A stretch of DNA of 64,000 nt from Acetobacteraceae bacterium (GTDB lineage: Bacteria > Pseudomonadota > Alphaproteobacteria > Acetobacterales > Acetobacteraceae), in contig JBBCGR010000002.1 of the NCBI GenBank assembly GCA_037201625.1, positions 12,831-76,830 of the forward strand. The letters are read 5' to 3'. The translations under genes and the position numbers were made by a program. Below, piece after piece: positions 45,505-54,102 of the stretch. Within the stretch, counting starts at the first letter, position 1. Every line of letters starts with the position of its first letter. The notes beneath the pieces are model-generated. The model had not been told where the DNA came from and ran no database searches. It saw nothing but the letters and a program-made list of their open reading frames with translations.

Positions 45505-45954
45505 ATGTGGACATACGCGGCACTCAAGGCGGCGCTGGCAGCGCTCGCCCCGGCGCCCGACAGCCTTGAGGCCAAGGCGGAGGCCATCAACGCGCAGGCC
45601 GGCCAGCAGACCGTCGATGTGCCGGCTCGCGATGTGCGTGGTGTCCTGTATGCTCGTGGCAAGCTGCCGGCGGTAAGCCGCAAGGCCATCGACGCGCGCC
45701 TCGGCACAGACTCTTCAGATCCAGCCTTCGCCGCCTTGCACCTGGTCGAGATGTGGGGGGAAGGTGCGACAATCCCCATGACGATCCCAGCCATCGCCGC
45801 CCAATGCGAGGCCGACCTGGCGCTGCTGGTCGGTGCTGAGATCATCACCGAGGACGACAAGGCAGCCGCGCTGTCGCTCGCCACCCGGACGCGGCCGATC
45901 TGGGACCCGCCGGTCACCGCCGGTGACGTGCAGACCGCGGAGGCGCAGCCGTGA
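45505..45954 (+). CDS. hypothetical phage protein
   Basis: Tail of ORF 45331..45954. ATG 45505 lies 8 nt after GAGGA. Confidence 0.55.
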   Translation: MWTYAALKAALAALAPAPDSLEAKAEAINAQAGQQTVDVPARDVRGVLYARGKLPAVSRKAIDARLGTDSSDPAFAALHLVEMWGEGATIPMTIPAIAAQCEADLALLVGAEIITEDDKAAALSLATRTRPIWDPPVTAGDVQTAEAQP

Positions 45955-46412
45955 CCACGTATTTCAGCGAATACCCCGCGGCGCTCGATATAGCGATTCC
46001 CAGCTCGGCACTGAACGGTCTGGCTGACGGCGCATACGCCATCACCGCGACCCCGATCGACAACCGCCCGACGCTCGGGTCGGCCGTGAGCTACAACAGA
46101 GCCGATCTCTTGATCGATCTTGCCAGCGCGGTGACGGTGGGAGCGACGCCAAGCATCATCGTATGGGTATTGCCGTCGGTTGACGGCACCAACTATCCGA
46201 CGCCGCCCGGCACATCGGCTGCCGCCGCTCCTCCGTATTTCGCATACTCGTTTCCGCTTACGCCGAGCGTCAGTTCACAGCGCTTCACGCTCCCGAACCT
46301 TGAACTCACGCCGGACCCGTTGCTGATCCTCATTCAGTCCAAGCTAGGCGTCGGTTTCCCGGCCAGCGGCAATACCTGTCGGCTTCGCCGTCGCGGCCTG
46401 GTCGCCTGGTAG
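45951..46412 (+). CDS. hypothetical phage protein
   Basis: GTG start overlapping the previous stop. 153 aa. Somewhat lower GC. Confidence 0.55.
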   Translation: MTTYFSEYPAALDIAIPSSALNGLADGAYAITATPIDNRPTLGSAVSYNRADLLIDLASAVTVGATPSIIVWVLPSVDGTNYPTPPGTSAAAAPPYFAYSFPLTPSVSSQRFTLPNLELTPDPLLILIQSKLGVGFPASGNTCRLRRRGLVAW

Positions 46413-46415
46413 CCG

Positions 46416-48314
46416 ATGTGGCAAGGCGTTCATCCACCGCGCGGGCGGGTTGAATTTGATCCGATTGCGCTCGGCGGTGTGCCGTCATTCGCATTGCTGC
46501 CGTTCGCCGGAGAAACCACGCCTCGGCTGACCCGGAGTAGCGTGTCCGGCTCGCTGCTGGGTGGCGCCACGATCGGCATCGGAAATATCGCCATGGGTCT
46601 CACGGGGACCGGGGGATATTGGTCGGCCACCAACGTCGGCGGTTACACCCTGCCGCAGAACCAGGGCAGTTTGCTGGTGTTCGTCACGCCGGGAACATCT
46701 CCGACGGACGGCGCGTTCCACGGCCTTTGCATCTTCGGTCCATCGAATTACCCGACGGGGCCGAGCCTGGACGTCGTGAAGTGGAACGACAACAACTGGT
46801 ATGCCGGATGGTGGAACGGTTCGGCCACGCGCGTGGTGGTCTCGGCCGCCGGCACCTACACGGCTGGCGTTCCCTTGGTTGTGGGCGTGACCTGGAGCAA
46901 GGCGTCCGGCGCCGCATCGACCAGGTTGTATTGCAACGGCCGACTGATCGGCACCGACACCAACACGCCGGCCACGGGCGCCACGAACGGCGCGTCGGCC
47001 TACATCACGTGGCTGAACGACCCGACGAATTTTGCGCCCTGGGCGAAGAACGCGAATGACGCGTTCTATTACGCCATGGTCTATGACCAGGAACTTTCGC
47101 CGGCCCAGATGGCCCAGGTGGCCGCTCGGCCGTTCATGATGTTCCGCCCGCCCGCCCGGCGGTTCGTCGGCAGGTTCAGCAGCTCCTATAGCGAGTCCAT
47201 CTCGCTCGCCGCGTCGGCCGCGTTCACCGCCGTTGCGGCGCTGCAGATCCCGTCCGGCATCACCGTGGCGGGATCCGCAACGATGGCCACCGCCGGTGCG
47301 CTCGGCATCAGCGCGGCAGCGACCATCAGTGCCGTGTCGACGATGACGGCCGCGGGCACGCTGGCGATCGCCGGCACGATCACGCTGAGCGGCACGTCCG
47401 GCCTGGCCGCCGCGGGCACCATGGCGATGCCGGCGGCCGCGTCGCTCGCCGGTACGGCTGACGTCGCAGTGTCGGGCTCGCAAGCGATGGCAGGGGCGGC
47501 CAGCCTGGCAGGCTCGGCCGGTGTAGACGCCGCTGGGACGCTTGCCATGCCAGCCGCCACCTCGCTCCCGGGCTCGGCCGGCGTGGCCGCATCCGGCGCC
47601 CTGGCGGCGACAGTGAGCGGCAGCCTGGCAGGCTCGTCTGGCATGGCGGTGGCCAGTGCACAGGCGGTGACGGTTGCTGCGTCGCTCGCCGGCACAGCCG
47701 GCGTAGCAGCATCCGGTGGCCTCGTGCTCGATGCAGCCGCCACCCTGACCGGTTCGGCCAGTGTGAGCGCCGCAGGCGCGCTGGCCATGCCAGCCGCCAC
47801 CTCGCTCCCCGGTGCCGCCGGCCTGGCCGCGTCGGGGGTGCTGGCCGCGACAGTCAGCGCAGGCCTGGCCGGCTCTTCCGGCATGGCGGCCGCCGGCGCT
47901 CAGGCGATGACAGTTGCCGCATCGCTCGCCGGCACCGCCGGCGTGACAGCCTCGGGCGGCCTGGTGCTCGATGCAGCCGGCACTCTGACCGGCTCGGCCG
48001 GCGTGACCGCCGGCAACGCGGTGACGATCGCCGGCGCGGCATCCCTGTCGGGTTCGGCCGGCTTGGCCGCCGGTGCCGCGCTCGCGGCGCAGTCCACGAT
48101 CGTCTTCACGGTCACGGCCTCGGTCGCCGCGTCCGCCGTCTACACGATCGAAGAGCTCATCCAGCTGGTCGGTGCCGCTGCCGTCACCGCCGCCGGCGAC
48201 GCCGGCACCGACATCGTCCGCACCGTGTCGCTCGACGGCCACCGGACCCTGGTCGTCACCCTGATCGGGCGCCGCCAGGGCGTGCTGCAGCTGCGCGCCG
48301 ACCTTACCAACTAG
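46416..48314 (+). CDS. LamG/concanavalin-A-like lectin domain protein with long Ala/Gly/Ser/Thr 20-residue repeat region
   Basis: N-terminal ~250 aa: GSLLVFV.P....DG.FHGL....WNGSATRVVV....YTAGVPLVVGVTW...STRLYCNGRLIG (LamG-like). Then ~16 units of x-A-x-G-x-L-A-x3-A-x-S-L-x-G-x-A-G-V. Confidence 0.8.
   Translation: MWQGVHPPRGRVEFDPIALGGVPSFALLPFAGETTPRLTRSSVSGSLLGGATIGIGNIAMGLTGTGGYWSATNVGGYTLPQNQGSLLVFVTPGTSPTDGAFHGLCIFGPSNYPTGPSLDVVKWNDNNWYAGWWNGSATRVVVSAAGTYTAGVPLVVGVTWSKASGAASTRLYCNGRLIGTDTNTPATGATNGASAYITWLNDPTNFAPWAKNANDAFYYAMVYDQELSPAQMAQVAARPFMMFRPPARRFVGRFSSSYSESISLAASAAFTAVAALQIPSGITVAGSATMATAGALGISAAATISAVSTMTAAGTLAIAGTITLSGTSGLAAAGTMAMPAAASLAGTADVAVSGSQAMAGAASLAGSAGVDAAGTLAMPAATSLPGSAGVAASGALAATVSGSLAGSSGMAVASAQAVTVAASLAGTAGVAASGGLVLDAAATLTGSASVSAAGALAMPAATSLPGAAGLAASGVLAATVSAGLAGSSGMAAAGAQAMTVAASLAGTAGVTASGGLVLDAAGTLTGSAGVTAGNAVTIAGAASLSGSAGLAAGAALAAQSTIVFTVTASVAASAVYTIEELIQLVGAAAVTAAGDAGTDIVRTVSLDGHRTLVVTLIGRRQGVLQLRADLTN
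47190..48140 (+). repeat. coding tandem repeats: 60-bp units with a higher-order 240-bp duplication
   Basis: 240-bp copies at 47529-47768 and 47769-48008 (roughly 80-85 percent identical by eye), with degenerate 60-bp units on both sides. Confidence 0.85.
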
Positions 48315-48325
48315 GAGTCGATCCC

Positions 48326-48997
48326 ATGCATGTTGCGGGCGCCCTGCTGGGCGGCAACGCGCGCGCGTCCGCCATCGGCGCGCTGACCGGCAGCGAGGGC
48401 ATCAGCCTCGCCGTCCGGCTGCACAACACCTATCGCTTCGAGTGCCACCGCCAGGCGGCCCTGCCGCGGCGCCTGCTGGCCCGTGCGCTGGCCTGGCTGC
48501 TCCCGGCGGCCGCCATCGCCGCGGCGCCGCTCGGCAGCGTGCTGCGGCCCGTAGGGCGGCTGCGCTGGCAGGAGGACGTCCACAACCTCGTCACCACCGA
48601 GGGCAAGAACGACCTGCTGACCAAATACCTCAAGGCCAGCAGCTACACCGCCGCCTGGTATGCCGGGCTGGTCTCGGGCTCGTCCCCGACGCTCGCCGCC
48701 GGCGATACGGCCGCGCAGATCGGCGGCTCCAACGGCTGGACCGAGTTCACCGCCTACAGCGAGAGCGTGCGCCAGACGGCCACCTATGGCTCGGCGTCCG
48801 CCGGCTCGATCGACAACTCGGCCAGCAAGGCGGTGTTCTCGATCAATGGCGGCGGCACAGTCGGCGGCGCCTTCCTGGTGTCGACCAGCACCAAGAGCGG
48901 CACGTCGGGCGTGCTGTTCGGCGAGGCGGCCTTCGGCACCGCCCGCACGGTCGTGTCCGGCGACACGCTGTCCGTCACCCTCACCAACACGGTGTGA
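48326..48997 (+). CDS. hypothetical phage structural-region protein
   Basis: 223 aa with AGGAG 8 nt upstream. Block WQEDVHNLVTTEGKNDLLTKYLK...AAWYAGLVSG; no family assigned. Confidence 0.65.
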   Translation: MHVAGALLGGNARASAIGALTGSEGISLAVRLHNTYRFECHRQAALPRRLLARALAWLLPAAAIAAAPLGSVLRPVGRLRWQEDVHNLVTTEGKNDLLTKYLKASSYTAAWYAGLVSGSSPTLAAGDTAAQIGGSNGWTEFTAYSESVRQTATYGSASAGSIDNSASKAVFSINGGGTVGGAFLVSTSTKSGTSGVLFGEAAFGTARTVVSGDTLSVTLTNTV

Positions 48998-48999
48998 TC

Positions 49000-49215
49000 A
49001 TGCAGGTCAAAGCACTCGACCACGTCGAGGATACCAATCAGATTCAGCTGCCGGATGGCAACGGCGGATTCCTGCCGGCACAGTCCGTGCTCACGGTGCT
49101 GGAGGCAGGCTCCATCTACGACCTGCCGGATGACCAGGCGGGCCGGCTGATCGCCCGCGGCCTGGTGTCCGAGGATCTGGAGGCACCGCTGCTGCCGCAC
49201 CTGGTGCGGGACTGA
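49000..49215 (+). CDS. small phage protein, paralog of 43634..43885
   Basis: Tail of ORF 48442..49215: MQVKALDHVEDTNQIQLPDG...IYDLPDDQAGRLIARGLVSEDL. Confidence 0.55.
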   Translation: MQVKALDHVEDTNQIQLPDGNGGFLPAQSVLTVLEAGSIYDLPDDQAGRLIARGLVSEDLEAPLLPHLVRD

Positions 49216-49216
49216 C

Positions 49217-49567
49217 ATGGCGGCCGAAGGCCAGAACTTCACGCTCGTCGCCGGCGACACGGTGCGGCTGGCGTTCACGGCCTACGACAGCGACGGCACC
49301 ACGCCGCTGGACCTCGCCGGAGCCACCATCAAGTGGCAGCTCGCGCGCGACGAGGCCGGCCCTGCCTTGATCAGCAAGCAGACCGGATCCGGCATCACGG
49401 TCACCAATGCCGCGGGCGGCACGTTCGTCGTGGCGATCGCTCCGGCCGACACGGCGGCGATCACGGCCGGCGGCTACTACCACGAGACGCAGGTGACCGA
49501 TGCCTCCGGCAACGTCTCCACCGTCGCCACCGGCAGCATCGCCATCATCCCGGGCCTGATCGCATGA
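49217..49567 (+). CDS. Ig-like/beta-sandwich phage protein
   Basis: 116 aa. The pattern F.L.AGDT..L.F...D.DG.P.DL.GA.I.W.L......I.K....GI.V.....G.F.V.I...DT is typical of small Ig-like virion decoration domains. Confidence 0.55.
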   Translation: MAAEGQNFTLVAGDTVRLAFTAYDSDGTTPLDLAGATIKWQLARDEAGPALISKQTGSGITVTNAAGGTFVVAIAPADTAAITAGGYYHETQVTDASGNVSTVATGSIAIIPGLIA

Positions 49568-50181
49568 GCACCTCCATCGTCACCGAGACCTCGCCCGCAT
49601 CCAGTCCATGCCTCGTGCGGCTGCGCGAGGTGAAGGACGAGTTCGGCATCGCCGACACGGCCAGCGACACGAAGCTGCTGCGCTGGGCCACCGCAACGTC
49701 GGTGCGCTTCGCCAACGCCTGCGGCCGGACCTTCGCAGCAGCTTCGGTGTCCGAGACCTTCCGGGAGGTCTACGGACGGGGCCTGCTGATCCTCTCCCGG
49801 CATCCGGTCATCGAGGTGGCGTCCGTCACCGAGGCGGGCGAAGCGGTCGCGACGGACGGCTATGAGGTCGATCCCGGTGCGGGCCTGCTGTACCGCCTGG
49901 CGGGCGACTGCCGCACCTGCTGGCGGGCGCGCACGATCGTGGTGGCGTACCGCGCCGGGTTCGACCCGATCCCGGCGGATGTCACCGACGCGGTGCTGAC
50001 GGTGATGCGGCACCGGTGGGCGACGTCGGACCGTGATCCGCTGCTGCGCAGCTTCTCGATCGATGGTGTCGGCCGCGAGGACTACTGGGTGCCGCTGCAG
50101 GGCGGAGACACCGCGGCACTGCCGCCGGATCTTCTCCCTGTCGCCGACACGATCGCGCACTACCGGCAGGTCGGCATCTGA
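49564..50181 (+). CDS. head-tail connector (gp6-like) protein
   Basis: Tail of ORF 49333..50181: LVRLREVKDEFGI.DT..D..L....... and ...IPADV..AVL. Position is before the adaptor genes. Confidence 0.65.
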   Translation: MSTSIVTETSPASSPCLVRLREVKDEFGIADTASDTKLLRWATATSVRFANACGRTFAAASVSETFREVYGRGLLILSRHPVIEVASVTEAGEAVATDGYEVDPGAGLLYRLAGDCRTCWRARTIVVAYRAGFDPIPADVTDAVLTVMRHRWATSDRDPLLRSFSIDGVGREDYWVPLQGGDTAALPPDLLPVADTIAHYRQVGI

Positions 50182-50507
50182 TGTTCGCCGCCGCATCGGT
50201 CCTGCGGATGCTCCGAACCCGCGGCCGCCGCGTGACGCTTCGCCGGCCGGGCTCGCCACCGGTTGACGTGACCTGCCTCGCGATGATCGCGCAGTTGGAC
50301 GACGTGGTCAGCACGGGCGGTGCCACGCAGTTCCGCCGGCGGATCACCATCGGCAACGCCGAGATTGCCGCGTCCGGCTGGCCCGGGCCGCCAAAGCAGG
50401 GCGACCAGGTCCTCGACGACGGGCGCACGATGAAGGTGCAGGCCGTGCTGGTGCAGGTGGTCGCCGGCGAGACCGTGATGCACCGGATCGAGACCTGGGG
50501 AGCGTAG
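50181..50507 (+). CDS. head-tail adaptor / head closure protein
   Basis: 108 aa. Position and size fit. Confidence 0.55.
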   Translation: MFAAASVLRMLRTRGRRVTLRRPGSPPVDVTCLAMIAQLDDVVSTGGATQFRRRITIGNAEIAASGWPGPPKQGDQVLDDGRTMKVQAVLVQVVAGETVMHRIETWGA

Positions 50508-50510
50508 CGC

Positions 50511-51284
50511 GTGCCGCCGCAGAACCCGTTCTCGCTGGCCCGGATCGAATCATTGACCAGGCGCATCCGTGCGAACACCAGGGAGCAGATCGTCGCCCTG
50601 ACCAACGAGCTGACCGCACGCAACCAGGCGCTCATCGCCGGCGCGTCCGCGGGCAGCACGGTGCCCTTCACGCGCTATGTCGACGGCGTGCTTGGCAAGC
50701 CGCTCGACCAGGTGCGCGCCGACGGCATGACGCTCACCGAGTTCCACCTGCTCGGCCACGTGGTCGACGCGGCGATCCGCATGCTGATCGAGCGCTCGCC
50801 CTTCGGGCCGGCCGAAGGCGGCCACTACCGCGACGACCACCGGCTGTACGTCAACGGCCAGCGCCGCGACGCCACCAAGGAGGGGACACCCGTCGAGATC
50901 AAGCAGACCGACCAGGTGGTGATCCTCAACCCGCGACCCTATGCGCGGAAGATCGAAGGCGGCGCGCGGGAGCGGTTCCGCGGCCGGATGACCAACCGCC
51001 GGCCGGGTCTGTCGGTACAGGCACCGGACGGCGTCTACGAGATCACGGTGCGCGAGCTGCGGCAGCGCTTCGGCAACATCGCGGTGATCGGCTTCACCTA
51101 TCGCGCGGCGTTCGACGGCGCCGTCGTGGATCCCGCCGCGGTGCCGAAGGCGATCCTCGGCCCGTATCAGCGCAACCGCCAGGGCCGCTTCGTGGCCGGC
51201 AACCGCGCCGCCATCGGCGGCAGGCCGCAGCACAACGTGTCGTCCGAGCGGTTCCCTGCCATCGAGATCACGGGACGCACCTGA
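50511..51284 (+). CDS. neck/tail-completion region protein (unassigned)
   Basis: GTG start, 257 aa, between the adaptor and the tail terminator-like gene. Confidence 0.55.
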   Translation: MPPQNPFSLARIESLTRRIRANTREQIVALTNELTARNQALIAGASAGSTVPFTRYVDGVLGKPLDQVRADGMTLTEFHLLGHVVDAAIRMLIERSPFGPAEGGHYRDDHRLYVNGQRRDATKEGTPVEIKQTDQVVILNPRPYARKIEGGARERFRGRMTNRRPGLSVQAPDGVYEITVRELRQRFGNIAVIGFTYRAAFDGAVVDPAAVPKAILGPYQRNRQGRFVAGNRAAIGGRPQHNVSSERFPAIEITGRT

Positions 51285-51712
51285 TGCTCGCACCCGCGGC
51301 GACCGCCATCCGCTCGTTCATCGCAGCGGGCTACACCGGCTTGACCATCCGCTGGCCGAACGAGGCCATCCCGCCCGAGCGTGACGCCGGACAGGCCTAC
51401 ATCGAGGCGGAGATCATCGGCGGGCGGAACGCCATCCGCGGCTTCAGCCGGCCCGGCAACCGGCTGTTCGTCCATCCCGGCCTGGTCCGCTTCTACATCC
51501 ACGCGCCCTGGCCGGACGGCATGGACGGCGCGCTGGCCACGGCCGACACGCTGGCAGCACTTCTGGAACGCATCGACATCGAGGCACCGGCCAGGCCGCA
51601 GATCGTCCGCACGCAGGACTTCAGCGTCTACGACGACGTCGCCTCGGCCGAAGAGGGCAACTTCGCTGTGCTGATGTGCAGCGTTCCCTTCGACTTCTAC
51701 TACCATCGCTAG
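51284..51712 (+). CDS. tail terminator-like protein
   Basis: 142 aa immediately upstream of the tail tube gene. Block V.WPN....P......YI.....G is reminiscent of DUF4128/gpU-like proteins. Confidence 0.55.
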   Translation: MLAPAATAIRSFIAAGYTGLTIRWPNEAIPPERDAGQAYIEAEIIGGRNAIRGFSRPGNRLFVHPGLVRFYIHAPWPDGMDGALATADTLAALLERIDIEAPARPQIVRTQDFSVYDDVASAEEGNFAVLMCSVPFDFYYHR

Positions 51713-51720
51713 GAGCTGAG

Positions 51721-52953
51721 ATGACCTACCAGAGCCAGTCCAACGGCTATGTGGCCTACAAGGTGCAGAGCGGCCTGGGCACGCAGGCCACCGGCTCCGG
51801 CGGCACCATCCTGCGCACCGCCGGCGGCCAGGGCGGCCGGCTGACCAAGGCCGCCACCGAGAGCAACGAAGCCCGCCGCGACGGCATGCGCACGCGCGGC
51901 CGCCACGGCACGCAGAAGACCGCCGGCACCTGGAGCGCCGAGGCCTCGCTCGGCTCGCACGAGGCGATCATCGAGGCGGTGATGCGCGACACCTGGTCGG
52001 CGGCCGACCTGCAGCTCGACGAATCCGACTTCACCTCCATCACCACGGGCGCCAACACCATCGTCCTCGCCGCGGGCGATCCGCGCACGCTCGGCCTGCG
52101 CGTCGGCGACGTGATCCGCCTCACCAGCCATGCGAGCGCCGGCAATAACAGCCGCAACCTGCGCATCACGCTGCTGTCGTCCACCACGATCACCGTCGCC
52201 GAGACCCTGACGGTCAACGCCACGCCCGACACCGACTGCGAGATCACCCGGCCGGGCAAGGTGCTCACGCAGTTCTCGGCAGGATCGTTCGTCAAGCGCT
52301 ACTTCACGATCGACGAGTACGACATGGACATCGACCAGTCCGAGGTGATGACCGACTTCGTGTGGGGATCGCTCCGGTTCTCGATGCAGCCGAACGGCAT
52401 CATCATGGCCGACCCGGGCGGCGTCGGCACCGGCCGGTTCGAGGCCCTGGCGACCGGCTCGTCGCCGCTGCTGACCACGCCCACCGAGCCGGCCGGCGTG
52501 CCGTTCGCGGTGGTGGATGCGACGATCCGGCTCGGCTCAACCGACGTGGTCGACCTCACCTCGTTCGACCTGACGCTCGATATCGCGCCGAACGCGCCCG
52601 ACACGTTCGGCTCCGGCGCGGTCAAGTATGCGCCGGACGTGTTCCCCGGCCAGATGGCCGTGTCGATGAACCTGACCGCGCTGCGCAAGGATCTGCAGTT
52701 CATCCAGGACTACGTGGCCGAGACGGTCTACTCGCTGCACGTGCTGGCGGTCGACCTGGAGAGCGAGCCGAAGGACTTCCTGTCGATCTACGTGGGCAAC
52801 TTCAGCTTCGGCGGCGTCGACAAGTCCGCGCTGAGCCGGCAGGGCGGCCCGCGCACCCAGACCGTCGCCGTGCCCGCCGCGCTGATCGGCAGGGACACGC
52901 GCGGCACCGGCTACGACCCCACCATGGTGAAGTTCCAGTCCACCGCCGCATAG
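51721..52953 (+). CDS. major tail (tube) protein
   Basis: 410 aa with an AGGAG RBS. Position is before the chaperone pair and the tape measure. Confidence 0.7.
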   Translation: MTYQSQSNGYVAYKVQSGLGTQATGSGGTILRTAGGQGGRLTKAATESNEARRDGMRTRGRHGTQKTAGTWSAEASLGSHEAIIEAVMRDTWSAADLQLDESDFTSITTGANTIVLAAGDPRTLGLRVGDVIRLTSHASAGNNSRNLRITLLSSTTITVAETLTVNATPDTDCEITRPGKVLTQFSAGSFVKRYFTIDEYDMDIDQSEVMTDFVWGSLRFSMQPNGIIMADPGGVGTGRFEALATGSSPLLTTPTEPAGVPFAVVDATIRLGSTDVVDLTSFDLTLDIAPNAPDTFGSGAVKYAPDVFPGQMAVSMNLTALRKDLQFIQDYVAETVYSLHVLAVDLESEPKDFLSIYVGNFSFGGVDKSALSRQGGPRTQTVAVPAALIGRDTRGTGYDPTMVKFQSTAA

Positions 52954-53054
52954 CGGCCGACGTCGACACCGACACCGACACCGACGCCGGCATCGCCGGC
53001 GCCGACGACCACGCACGCGGCCGCGGGCCGCATCCAACCTCATCAGGAGACGTT

Positions 53055-53504
53055 ATGAGCGAGTTCGTCCTCGACGACTTCGACGCGACCGACACGGCGG
53101 TGATGGAGATCATCCCGCCAGGCGGCGCCGACGCGATCGGCACCATCACCTTCGCCGGACCCGGCCATCCCAAGACGATCACCCAATCCGACCGGGTGAC
53201 GCTGCAGAACCAGAAAGAGGCCGCCGACCAGGCGCAGGCGCGCGTCAACGGCCGGAAGTGGAAGGCCGATGTACCCGATGCCGAGCAGATCAGGACGCGC
53301 AACGCCACGTTCGTGGTGGAACGCATCGTCGCGTGGTCGGGCATCAAGCAGCGCGGGGACGATGGCACGGTGACCGAGGTGCCGTTCAGCGACGCGCTGG
53401 CGCGCACCATCTTCCTCGATCGCCGCAAGGAATGGCTGCTGCACGCGGCGCTCGAGTTCCTGACGGCCGAACGGTCTTTTACCAGTCGCTCTGCGACCAG
53501 CTAG
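53055..53504 (+). CDS. tail assembly chaperone (G-like)
   Basis: Tail of ORF 52362..53504 (MSEFVLDDFDATDTAVMEIIPPGG...). AGGAGA RBS. Located between the tube and the tape measure. Confidence 0.7.
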   Translation: MSEFVLDDFDATDTAVMEIIPPGGADAIGTITFAGPGHPKTITQSDRVTLQNQKEAADQAQARVNGRKWKADVPDAEQIRTRNATFVVERIVAWSGIKQRGDDGTVTEVPFSDALARTIFLDRRKEWLLHAALEFLTAERSFTSRSATS

Positions 53505-53899
53505 CCGAGTTCGCAGAGCGCCAGTTCGAACTGGCCGCACCGGACGAGGGCGGGATCTCCTACCGGAAGGTGCTCGAGGGACTGCTGAGGCGCGCCAGGC
53601 GGCCGGACAAGCGGGCGGAATACGAGGCGGCGCTCGCATTGCCTCCGTTCCCGATGCCGCTCCTGCACATCTGGCGGGCCTACCACCGGATCAGGCGCCG
53701 CAAGGGTGCCGCCGGCTTCGGCGCCGCGCCGATCGAGTGGCCCGACATCAGCGAGTTCGTCCGCATGACGCGCACGAGACTGCTGCCGCGCGAGGTGGAG
53801 ATGCTCGAGCGCCTCGACGATGCGTTCATCGCCGCCGCGACGGGGCAGAGCGGCAGTGAGGCTGGCGGTGACGTGGACGGAGAAGGCCTCACGGCCTGA
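53477..53899 (+). CDS. -1 frame extension of tail assembly chaperone (GT-like) or separate overlapping ORF
   Basis: The -1 frame is open from 53258 to 53899 and reads protein-like (...ISYRKVLEGLLRRA...IEWPDISEFVRMTRTRLLPREVEMLERLDDAFIAA). T4 run at 53477-53480. Confidence 0.55.
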   Translation, partial: FYQSLCDQLAEFAERQFELAAPDEGGISYRKVLEGLLRRARRPDKRAEYEAALALPPFPMPLLHIWRAYHRIRRRKGAAGFGAAPIEWPDISEFVRMTRTRLLPREVEMLERLDDAFIAAATGQSGSEAGGDVDGEGLTA

Positions 53900-54102
53900 C
53901 ACCAGGCTGATGGCGAGGACCCAGCCCTCGCGCCACGCCAGGATCCACGCGGGCAGCCCACGCACGCTCTGCGGGCTGCCTTGCAGGCGATGGACCAGCA
54001 GCGGCGTCTCGTCGGTCCGCAACCTCGGCAGCGAACGGATCACCTGCAGGACCTGCGCGCGCCTCGCCAGAGCCGCGTGCACAACCGCGCGATAGGCACA
54101 CC

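Noticed and set aside
47190-48140. Regularly spaced DNA repeats that could be mistaken for a CRISPR-like array.
   Set aside because: The repeats are contiguous with no unique spacers, in frame, and translate to a 20-aa protein repeat inside a long ORF. No cas genes are present.
53501-54082. 193-aa minus-strand ORF covering the gap between the chaperone extension and the tape measure.
   Set aside because: Its first ~60 aa look vaguely protein-like and fill an otherwise empty gap. The rest is antisense to the convincing GT-type frame, and there is no RBS. Evidence is insufficient for a gene.
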